Of a stretch of DNA of 64,000 bases, positions 39,305 to 46,670 are shown piece after piece (the stretch's first letter is position 1; each line of letters starts with the position of its first letter). The notes below the pieces were generated by a model that was not told the origin of the DNA, did no database searches, and worked only from the letters and a program-made list of their open reading frames with translations. Made by a program: the position numbers and the translations under genes. This DNA comes from Alphaproteobacteria bacterium (GTDB lineage: Bacteria; Pseudomonadota; Alphaproteobacteria; Rhizobiales; GCA-2746425). The stretch is from assembly GCA_024743215.1 (NCBI GenBank), contig JANSWZ010000006.1, positions 223,627 to 287,626 of the forward strand, read 5' to 3'.

Positions 39305-39864
39305 GTGCTCGCCATCTGTTTCAGGTGCTTGCGCAATTCATGCATGCGCCAGGACACGGTGGATTCCTTGATCTCCAGAATTGCGGCGGCTTCCGCGTGG
39401 CTCAGCCCTTCGGCCAACACCAGAACAGCCGTCTCCTTCAGCTCGCCGCCAACCTCGTCCAGCATCTCGTAGAGCCAGGCCAGATCGCGCTCGCTGGCGG
39501 CTTGTTCGCCGCGTTCCAGTTCCGCAACTTCGCCATAGGTTTTGGTGGCCTTGTCTACCGTCACGCGTTTGCGATGCGCATCCCGCGCGGCATTCATGAC
39601 AACGCGATATAGCCACGTGCTGAATTTTGCATCCCCGCGGAAAGACCGGATTTTGCGGGCAAGCGAAGCACAGACATCCTGTGCCAGATCCTCGGCATCG
39701 GCCCGCTGACCTGAAAATCGAAACGCAATCCGGTAAACGCTGTCATAGTGGCGCTCCAGCAGCAGCCGAAACGCCGCCGCATCGCCCTTTGCAGCCCTTG
39801 CTGCCAGCTGATTATCGTCGGTCACCATATCCATATGTAACCATTGGACGTGTGACGACAGCAA
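39301..39864 (-). CDS. ECF-type RNA polymerase sigma-70 factor (start 39864 or 39834)
   Basis: Region 2 (FRLLLERHYDSVYRIAFRF...DAEDLAQDV...TWLYRVVMNAARD) and region 4 (LSHAEAAAILEIKESTVSWRMHELRKHL). Confidence 0.85.
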   Translation of the reverse strand: MLSSHVQWLHMDMVTDDNQLAARAAKGDAAAFRLLLERHYDSVYRIAFRFSGQRADAEDLAQDVCASLARKIRSFRGDAKFSTWLYRVVMNAARDAHRKRVTVDKATKTYGEVAELERGEQAASERDLAWLYEMLDEVGGELKETAVLVLAEGLSHAEAAAILEIKESTVSWRMHELRKHLKQMAST

Positions 39865-39906
39865 TTCCTTGGCAGTTTTTAATATTTTTTGAAATTAACT
39901 CAGCGT

Positions 39907-40605
39907 TCAGCCATACGCATCTCGGCGTCGCAACCAGGACATCGTTCCATCCAGCCCATCTTCCTGCCGCCCCAAAGGCGTCAGATCCAGCATATGATAA
40001 GCGCCATTCATCATATCCAACCCGCGGGAATAAGTGGAATAGCTGTGCAGCACCGTATCACCATCGCGGATGAAAACGCTGATACCGGGCATTTCTTTGC
40101 CATAGATATTGCCGGAGTAATTATAGCCTGTTCCGGTCAGGCTTTCATCGCCCTCATGAAAGCTGACGGCAAAATCCGCACTGAAACTCGTATCTTCTGC
40201 CGACACCCAATTAAAGTTCCAGCCCAGACGTTTGCGATAGGCCAGAAGTTTTTCCAAAGACGCATTGGAGACACAGGCAAACGCGGTATCACGTGCGGCT
40301 AGATGGGCATCAATGCCATCCAGATTATCAGCCCAGAATGAACAACTGGGGCAACCTTCCTGCCAATCCGGGCCAAACATGAAGTGATAGATGATCAACT
40401 GCTTGTTGTTGCCAAACAGGTCCAGCAGGGATTGCGCACCCGTTTCGGTATGAAACAGATAAGGCGTCTCAACCTTGACCAACGGTAATTCACGCCGCAA
40501 TGCGCTCAGCGCATCACGCTCTCGGGTAAAGGCTTTTTCGCGTTGCAAAAGCGCCCTGCGCGCATCCAGCCATTCTTCTCTGGAGACCGGTTTGTTTAAG
40601 TTCAT
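39907..40605 (-). CDS. DUF899 thioredoxin-like family protein
   Basis: Family pattern WLDAR..LL..EK..TR..D.L...RR.LP...V...Y.F...G...L.DLF ... CPSCSFWAD. Confidence 0.8.
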   Translation of the reverse strand: MNLNKPVSREEWLDARRALLQREKAFTRERDALSALRRELPLVKVETPYLFHTETGAQSLLDLFGNNKQLIIYHFMFGPDWQEGCPSCSFWADNLDGIDAHLAARDTAFACVSNASLEKLLAYRKRLGWNFNWVSAEDTSFSADFAVSFHEGDESLTGTGYNYSGNIYGKEMPGISVFIRDGDTVLHSYSTYSRGLDMMNGAYHMLDLTPLGRQEDGLDGTMSWLRRRDAYG

Positions 40606-40711
40606 GATGTCCTCCCGGCGGGGTTTTTAAACCCGTAAAAATGTGAATTCTGGACAAAAGGGTTGCACAATCGGAGACTGAAGCAAGCCCGTAATTTTAT
40701 TTTTGATCATT

Positions 40712-40738
40712 TGTCGGAAACCACAAACCTCAGACGTC
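40712..40738 (+). promoter_or_regulatory. Candidate ECF42-type promoter TGTCGG-N17-CGTC upstream of the DGPF/YciI gene
   Basis: TGTCGG (40712-40717), a 17-nt spacer, then CGTC (40735-40738), 67 nt upstream of the ATG. As I recall it, the published ECF42 motif is TGTCGA at -35 and CGA/TC at -10. Confidence 0.35.
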
Positions 40739-40805
40739 TTAATGGAATTGGCATCTTGAGAGATGGGCATAAACACAGGGCCAAACTCTAACCGAAGGGT
40801 CAGAC

Positions 40806-41180
40806 ATGGACTATGCAATCCTGATTTACGGAACCGAAGGCACCTTCGAACGACTGCCACCAGAGAAGCAGGAAGAGGCCATGGAAGGCCATTATGCCTT
40901 GCAGGCCGCACTGGAAAAACGGGGTGCCTATGGCACGGTTAAACTGATGCCGACCACCAGTGCTGTCACTTTGCGACCGACCTCTGATATTCATGAAAAA
41001 CCCACACTGATGGACGGGCCCTTCGCAGAAACCAAGGAACGCTTTCTGGGCATTTACATAGCGCAGTTCGATACGCTGGACGAAGCAATCTCCTTTACCG
41101 AGATGATCAGTTCGCCCTATGTCAGCCTTGAAATCAGGCCCATCGCATGGGCCGGAGGCGTGCTTGGAGCGCCGGAGTGA
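40806..41180 (+). CDS. YciI-like / DGPF domain protein
   Basis: MDYAILIY...DGPFAETKE.FLG.Y...... signature. 124 aa. Confidence 0.8.
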   Translation: MDYAILIYGTEGTFERLPPEKQEEAMEGHYALQAALEKRGAYGTVKLMPTTSAVTLRPTSDIHEKPTLMDGPFAETKERFLGIYIAQFDTLDEAISFTEMISSPYVSLEIRPIAWAGGVLGAPE

Positions 41181-42415
41181 CACGGCATGCCTGGCTTGAG
41201 GCGCGGTTTGCAGACATTCGGCCGCAGGCCCTGGCCGCACTGACACGCCAGTTTCGTAATGTTGATCTGGCAGAGGAAGCTTTTGCCAGCGCCTGCATAA
41301 GAGCCATCCAGACATGGCCCAAGACAGGCCTGCCAAATGATCCCCTGGCCTGGCTGCTGAGCGTGGGCCGCAATGCGGGCATTGACATCATCCGCAAAAA
41401 CCAGCGCCTCAGCGCATTGTCACCGGCACCCTCGCCTGATGAGGACATGGAAGGCATTTATGCTGAACAGCTCGACAATGACGGGCTGCGTGATGATGTA
41501 TTGCGGCTGTTGTTCATCTGCTGCCATCCGGCTCTGTCGGCGCAGGATCAATTGGCTGTTGCACTCAAAACCATTACCGGCATGTCAGTGGCGCAGATTG
41601 CAGGCGCCTTTGTCGTCAAACCCAAAACCATGGAACAGCGTCTGACCCGCGCCAAACGCACCATCGCCGATGCAGCCATTCCCTTTGAAACACCGGATTC
41701 GACCGAGCGCAGCCGCCGCCTGAAAACGGTTAGTCTGATGCTCTATTTGCTGTTCAATGAGGGCTGGTCGGCCAGTTCAGGCGAAGTGCAGATCAAGGAA
41801 CCCTTATGCGAGGAAGCCATTCGGCTGACACGCCTGCTGCTCAATTTGTTTCCCGGCATGGGAGAGCTGATGGGGCTTTTGTCCCTGTTCCTGTTCCAGC
41901 ATTCCCGCCGCAAGGCACGCCTGGATGTAAACGGAAACTTGGTGCCGCTGGATGATCAGGATCGCAAGCTGTGGGACCGCCCCATGATTGCAGAAGCAAA
42001 GGCCCTTCTGGAAAAAACCTTGCGCCGTGGCCCCTCCGGCCCGCTTCAGGTCCAGGCTGCCATTGCCTCCATCCACTCTCTCGCCCCCAACCCAAACGAT
42101 ACTGATTGGCGAGAACTGGCAAGGCTATACGCGTTTTTATACGCCATGGAACCCACCCCCATCATCCGCCTCAATCAGGCCGTTGCTATTGAAAAGACAA
42201 AAGGACCAGAAGCGGCGCTGGCCATGCTGGAACCACTGGCAACAGAGCTTGAATCCTATCGCTGGTATCATGCGGCCCGCGCCGCCTTCCTGTTTGATCT
42301 GGAACGATTTTCTGAGGCGCTACACGCCTATGAAACAGCCCTGAGCCTTCATCCAACGGAGGCGGAGCAACGGCTTTTGCTGGAAAAAATCGATAGCTGC
42401 AAAAAAAATTCATGA
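41177..42415 (+). CDS. ECF sigma factor with C-terminal TPR-like extension (ECF42-type)
   Basis: GTG start in a GTGA overlap with the DGPF stop. Sigma region 2 (WLLSVGRNAGIDIIRK), region 4 (GMSVAQIAGAFVVKPKTMEQRLTRAKRTI), then a ~200 aa helical-repeat tail. Confidence 0.75.
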   Translation: MTRHAWLEARFADIRPQALAALTRQFRNVDLAEEAFASACIRAIQTWPKTGLPNDPLAWLLSVGRNAGIDIIRKNQRLSALSPAPSPDEDMEGIYAEQLDNDGLRDDVLRLLFICCHPALSAQDQLAVALKTITGMSVAQIAGAFVVKPKTMEQRLTRAKRTIADAAIPFETPDSTERSRRLKTVSLMLYLLFNEGWSASSGEVQIKEPLCEEAIRLTRLLLNLFPGMGELMGLLSLFLFQHSRRKARLDVNGNLVPLDDQDRKLWDRPMIAEAKALLEKTLRRGPSGPLQVQAAIASIHSLAPNPNDTDWRELARLYAFLYAMEPTPIIRLNQAVAIEKTKGPEAALAMLEPLATELESYRWYHAARAAFLFDLERFSEALHAYETALSLHPTEAEQRLLLEKIDSCKKNS

Positions 42416-42488
42416 CCGTGTCGGATTGGGCAAGGTTCGCCCGTCCTTGGGGCACTGCAACACGCAGAACCCACTTCAGGAGGACATT

Positions 42489-42875
42489 ATGAGTGACATT
42501 GAAATGACAACACCGGGCAATGCAGGCTGGATTGGACATTCCGGTCCTGACAGCGCAGCTGCCATGAAATTCTATCGCGAAACCATCGGTTGGACCATTG
42601 GTGACATGCCCATGCAGGACGGCTCCAGCTTTCCGGGCATCATGATCAATGAGCAGCCCATTGGCGGTTTCTCTCCCATGCCACAGGAAAACGGCGCCTG
42701 GCTCATTTATGTGACCGTGGAAGATGTGGATGCCTGCGTTGAACGGGTCAGAAAAGCGGGTGGAACGATTGTCAGCGAACCCATGGACATGCCGGGCGTT
42801 GGCCGCATGAGCACGATCGCAGACCCACAGGGCGCACAGATTGCCGTGATCACCTACGAAAGCATGCAGTCTTAG
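42489..42875 (+). CDS. VOC (glyoxalase/bleomycin-resistance) family protein
   Basis: ~128 aa. FYRETIGW...YVTVEDVDA...V...GG.......MPGVGRMSTIADPQGAQIAVI pattern. Confidence 0.7.
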   Translation: MSDIEMTTPGNAGWIGHSGPDSAAAMKFYRETIGWTIGDMPMQDGSSFPGIMINEQPIGGFSPMPQENGAWLIYVTVEDVDACVERVRKAGGTIVSEPMDMPGVGRMSTIADPQGAQIAVITYESMQS

Positions 42876-42943
42876 ACAGCTAAACCCTGGAGCAGATGCC
42901 GCCAGTTCACCACACTCTCTGTTTGCAAAATCAGGATATAACC

Positions 42944-43339
42944 ATGTTGATACCAATTACCCTGGTGTTTGTTGCCTTGCTGGCACTGCTCCAGATTCCC
43001 ATGACAATTACAGTCGGTCTGAAACGCGTCCATACCGGAATCCGGTTTATGGATGGTGGCGATCCCGATCTCATGCAGCGCATGCGCGCCCATGGAAACT
43101 TCACCGAAACCGTTCCCATAACCTTGTTGGCCATGGGCGGTGCCGAACTGGTTGGTACGCCCGCATCGCTTGTCTGGGCAGGCGGGCTGATACTTCTGGG
43201 CGGTCGGCTCATTCACTACACCACCATACGCAGCGTGGGTTGGGGCAACGGCCGTGCCATCGGCATGTCAATGACCTTTCTGGCACTTGCAGGCTTTGCG
43301 ATTTGCATTCTCGTTGCCATTATCCGTAACCTTATCTGA
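42944..43339 (+). CDS. MAPEG-family membrane protein
   Basis: ~131 aa, 4 TM helices. RAHGNFTETVPI motif typical of the MAPEG/MGST-like family. Confidence 0.6.
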   Translation: MLIPITLVFVALLALLQIPMTITVGLKRVHTGIRFMDGGDPDLMQRMRAHGNFTETVPITLLAMGGAELVGTPASLVWAGGLILLGGRLIHYTTIRSVGWGNGRAIGMSMTFLALAGFAICILVAIIRNLI

Positions 43340-43367
43340 CATCTGATTGAGCTGGAGGGGCCGGATC

Positions 43368-43709
43368 ATGGCCTATGATGAAGAACTGACAGATCGCTTT
43401 CGCAATGCCGTTGATCGCTTGGGCGGCATCGTGGAAAAACGCATGATGGGTGGCGTGTGTTTTATGCTGGATGGCAACATGCTCGGCGGTGCCGACCGGC
43501 AGAAAACCGGCAAAGGCCGCTTCATGTTCCGCGTCGGCAAGGACAATGAAGCCGAAGCCATGAGGCGGCCCGGCGCGATGACCATGGAACAGGGTGGCCG
43601 GAAAATGACAGGCCTCATCTTCGTGAACGAGGATGATTGTGATGCAGAATGTCTGCAAAGCTGGATCGCGCTTGCCCTGACCTTTGTTGGCAATCTTCCG
43701 CCAAAATAA
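43368..43709 (+). CDS. TfoX N-terminal domain protein
   Basis: MAYDEELTDRFR......EKRMMGGVCFMLDGNMLGG ... WIALALTFVGNLPPK pattern. Confidence 0.7.
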   Translation: MAYDEELTDRFRNAVDRLGGIVEKRMMGGVCFMLDGNMLGGADRQKTGKGRFMFRVGKDNEAEAMRRPGAMTMEQGGRKMTGLIFVNEDDCDAECLQSWIALALTFVGNLPPK

Positions 43710-43726
43710 TCAGAAAGGATGGACCC

Positions 43727-44386
43727 GTGACCGCAGCTCCATTTTCCGGATTTACCGCCCAAACCATATCATTCATGAAACAGCTAAAGGCGAACAACAA
43801 TCGCGACTGGTTCAAAGGTCAGAAAAAAACCTATGAAGAAGATTACAGGATACCAGCGCTCGCCTTTGCAGATGCAATGGCCGAGCAACTGCGCAGCCTG
43901 ACCGGCTTGTCGCACACGTCAAAACTGTTCCGCATCCACCGTGACGTTCGCTTTTCGAAAGACAAGACACCCTATAACAGCCACATGCACATCTCCTTCA
44001 CACCGGAAAACCCCATGGCAAATCCACCCTGCTGGTTTTTTGGCCTGGATACAGAAAAGCTGACCCTTGGCTGCGGTATTTTCGGCTTTGACGCTTCACA
44101 ATTGCAGGCATTTCGCAATCGGGTTGATGGAGCAGAAGGCAATGACATTGCGGCCACTTTGCAAAGCCTGACCCAAAAAGGCGCACGTATCAGCGACCCG
44201 GAGTTAAAGCGCGTCCCATCCGGCTTCGCAAAGGATCACCCGCAAGAAGACTTGTTACGTCACAAGGGGCTCGCCATCTGGTCGGATTTGGGTGATGAAA
44301 AAGCGGCCCTTGATGACAATCTGCTTGCCACCTGCAGAAACGAGTTCAAGCACTTGAAACCGGTGTTTGACCTTTTGTTGGTTTGA
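43727..44386 (+). CDS. DUF2461 (TIGR02453) family protein
   Basis: FSGFTAQTISFMKQLKANNNRDWF ... LFRIHRDVRFSKDKTPYNSHM. GTG start chosen; upstream alternatives exist. Confidence 0.75.
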   Translation: MTAAPFSGFTAQTISFMKQLKANNNRDWFKGQKKTYEEDYRIPALAFADAMAEQLRSLTGLSHTSKLFRIHRDVRFSKDKTPYNSHMHISFTPENPMANPPCWFFGLDTEKLTLGCGIFGFDASQLQAFRNRVDGAEGNDIAATLQSLTQKGARISDPELKRVPSGFAKDHPQEDLLRHKGLAIWSDLGDEKAALDDNLLATCRNEFKHLKPVFDLLLV

Positions 44387-45205
44387 AAAATCCTTGCCCG
44401 ACGGCGGTGCCGACAACTGCTGCATTGCCGCTGAGTAAAGGTCCGCTGTGCGGACATACCTGCCGCTCTATCCAGCGTTGTGAAGGTCCGCTTACATGTT
44501 GAGCGGAAACAGCATTGGAGACTTTTGGGAAAGTGAAAGCTTGCCCTACCGACCGAAGAGCGAAACGGCTTTCGATACAAGGTATGCACTAGAGATCATC
44601 AAAGACCAGTCTGCCAATGGGCATCTGTCTTCAAGACCAACACGCATGGACGATCGCATGTCCCGCACGCGATGCACGAAATGCCAAACCGCTGCATGAA
44701 AACCATACAGCAATACAGGGCGCTGGACCGAACGGTACGGGCCTGCGGAGATCGAAACATCCCTCGGTTCACGCTTCACTTCATAAGATCTTGTACTTCG
44801 AACGGCAAAACTGGGACGGGGTGTGACGTTCACACGACTTCGACTCGCCAAAGCCGACCTCATGGAAGGCGCACTTGAAGGTTTGCCCCCTGAAGGCGTT
44901 CAAATGTTGAATGCTTACCAGATTGCAAGCCATCCAAAACGAATTGACTGGAAAAATCTGCGTGCCGTCCGGGAATGTATAATTTCGGAAGCGGCATCGG
45001 ACGGGCCCGGTGGTTAGAGTTCCCATAAAGTGTAATACCGGGATCTTCTTGACGATGGCAGTGCCGCAGCTACACCAGTTGTACGGTGTAGCAATCCTTT
45101 TCCGCCAGATCGCTTACGCGCCGCCGACGCGGGTTTGTCGCAAACATTTTTCTCTTAGAGGATGTGTCTTGAATAAACATCCGTTTGACCGGTTGGATGG
45201 TTTTC

Positions 45206-45643
45206 TTACTCCGGAATGTATCGCGCACCGGGCCCTTCGCGGCCCAACCGGTCATTCGGATTAGCAAGTGAGCAACGATCTACGCTCAAACATCCGCATC
45301 CGATGCAGATTGCCATCTTGTCGCGCAAGGCGGTCAAGGTTTCTATTCGCCTTGTCAAATCGTCGTGCCAGATGTCCGCTAAATGTGCCCATTCGGCTGT
45401 ATTTGGCACTGTATCCATCGGCAGATGTGACAGCGTTTTCGCAATCTCGGCGAGTGTAATACCTGCACGTTGTGCAATTTTGATAATTGTAACACGGCGA
45501 ATTAGCTCGCGACGGTAAACTCTATGGTTTGCAGCGTTTCGTTCCGAAGCGATCAGACCTTTCCGCTCATAGAAGTGCAAAGTAGAGATCGGTACACCGC
45601 TGCGCTTACTGATCTTTCCGATTGTAAGATATTTTTCCAGCAT
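45206..45643 (-). CDS. soxR: Redox-sensitive MerR-family activator SoxR
   Basis: MerR HTH (LTIGKISKRSGVPISTLHFYERKGLI) and the [2Fe-2S] motif CIGCGCLSVDRC. Start set at MLEKYL (145 aa). Confidence 0.85.
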   Translation of the reverse strand: MLEKYLTIGKISKRSGVPISTLHFYERKGLIASERNAANHRVYRRELIRRVTIIKIAQRAGITLAEIAKTLSHLPMDTVPNTAEWAHLADIWHDDLTRRIETLTALRDKMAICIGCGCLSVDRCSLANPNDRLGREGPGARYIPE

Positions 45644-45665
45644 TGCAGTTTCTCCAATCTGCCTG

Positions 45666-45696
45666 TTGACCTCAACTAAGGTTGAGGCTGTATCAG
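45666..45696 (+). promoter_or_regulatory. SoxR-dependent promoter: TTGACC, 19-bp spacer containing the inverted repeat CCTCAAC-TAAG-GTTGAGG, then TATCAG
   Basis: It resembles the E. coli soxS promoter (CCTCAAGTTAACTTGAGG). The 19-bp -35/-10 spacing is the MerR-family hallmark. It faces the DMT and MATE genes. Confidence 0.75.
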
Positions 45697-45743
45697 CCCA
45701 TAAGTCAAGCAAAACTGAATTGCCGAAAGTGGTGGAAACAGCG

Positions 45744-46670
45744 ATGGTGCTGAAGTCAGGTCTTCTTATATTTCTCGGACTGCTCTGGAGCGTCAGGCTG
45801 TCCGCCATCAAAGCGGCAGGCACGTCCGGTGTGCCCATTCATGTGGTTGTTTCTTTTTCCGCGCTCGGGATTGCACTCTTTTTCTCTCTCGTTGCTTTCA
45901 TGAACCGCGACTGGCCGCCGCTTGATCGCGAAGCTCTGGGCTTTTATGGACTCAGTGGCGTACTGGGTTTTCTTGCCCCATTCACGCTGGAATCTGCCGT
46001 TGGGCCGCATCTTCCTGTGTTCATCTTTGTGGTCATAATCGCGACAATGCCCTTTTTCACCTTTGCTCTTTCGACGCTTGCCGGGCAGGAACCACTGCAG
46101 TGGTTCCCGTTGTTTGCAATTGGTCTTGGCTTTGTTGGTACTGTCGCAATTCTATGGGATATCTCGTTCATCGCGTCCGCCGGCAACGCGAGTGTCTATT
46201 GGATTGCGGCAGCCTTCGGCGTACCGCTTTTTTATGCGATCAATACTGTCTTTGTTGCAACCAGGTGGCCATCACACGCGAGCCCTGTCAACGTCGCACA
46301 GGCGCAGGCTTTTATCGTCACGACAGCCGCACTTGTTGGAAGCGCTGTATCCGGTGCAACAGCTGACTGGAGGCTGGTGTCTTTAAACATTCCGGCAGTC
46401 AGCTTGATTGTCTTAGGGGAAGGGCTTGCGCTCGTGGTTTACCTGCGGATCGCGCGCGACTACGGGGCCACCTATGTCTCATTCGCCAACTACGTGTCGA
46501 TTGTCTTTGCCGCATTGATTGGTGTGGTGTGGTTCGGTGATCAATTGACCGTTCTCACTATTGGGGCGGCACTGATAATCATCACTTCCGTGGCTGTGTA
46601 TCAAGGTCAGACTCGTCTACCCACCAAGGTGGCAGCATGCAACAATGTTCGAAAAACCGAACATGAATGA
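45744..46670 (+). CDS. DMT-superfamily (EamA-like) transporter
   Basis: ~10 TM helices with a duplicated EamA-like organisation. Start set at the first ATG downstream of the SoxR-box promoter. Confidence 0.7.
   Translation: MVLKSGLLIFLGLLWSVRLSAIKAAGTSGVPIHVVVSFSALGIALFFSLVAFMNRDWPPLDREALGFYGLSGVLGFLAPFTLESAVGPHLPVFIFVVIIATMPFFTFALSTLAGQEPLQWFPLFAIGLGFVGTVAILWDISFIASAGNASVYWIAAAFGVPLFYAINTVFVATRWPSHASPVNVAQAQAFIVTTAALVGSAVSGATADWRLVSLNIPAVSLIVLGEGLALVVYLRIARDYGATYVSFANYVSIVFAALIGVVWFGDQLTVLTIGAALIIITSVAVYQGQTRLPTKVAACNNVRKTEHE

Noticed and set aside
40716-40738. A GGAAAC ... CGTC element as a generic ECF (GGAAC-N16-17-CGT) promoter. A similar GGAAT-N13-CGTC lies upstream of the other ECF sigma gene (~39850-39872, minus strand).
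   Set aside because: The spacing between the AAC and CGT elements is only ~13 nt, about 3 nt too short for canonical ECF promoters. At 40712 the alternative reading TGTCGG-N17-CGTC fits better and is reported instead. The site upstream of 39864 is left unsupported.
42186-42956. A 256-aa minus-strand ORF overlapping the end of the ECF42-type sigma gene, the VOC gene and the start of the MAPEG gene.
   Set aside because: It is antisense to three plus-strand genes with clear family signatures. It has no recognisable domain, and its G/H/R/A-rich composition is typical of antisense frames.
44823-45017. A 64-aa GTG-initiated ORF inside the large spacer (…LAKADLMEGALEGLPPEGVQMLNAYQIASHPKRIDWKNLRAVRECIISEAASDGPGG).
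   Set aside because: There is no recognisable family, only a weak purine-rich stretch upstream, and it starts at GTG. It cannot be told apart from a chance ORF without conservation or expression data. It is mentioned only within the spacer finding.
44387-45205. Known housekeeping or structured RNAs or an intron in the spacer (tmRNA, RNase P RNA, SRP RNA, group II intron domain V, tRNA).
   Set aside because: I looked for hallmark strings: GGTTCGAxTCC T-loops, the GAAAGTCCGG P4 region, a 34-nt domain V hairpin with an AGC triad, and a GUGCG 5' end with an adjacent RT ORF. I found none. A negative visual scan is not proof.
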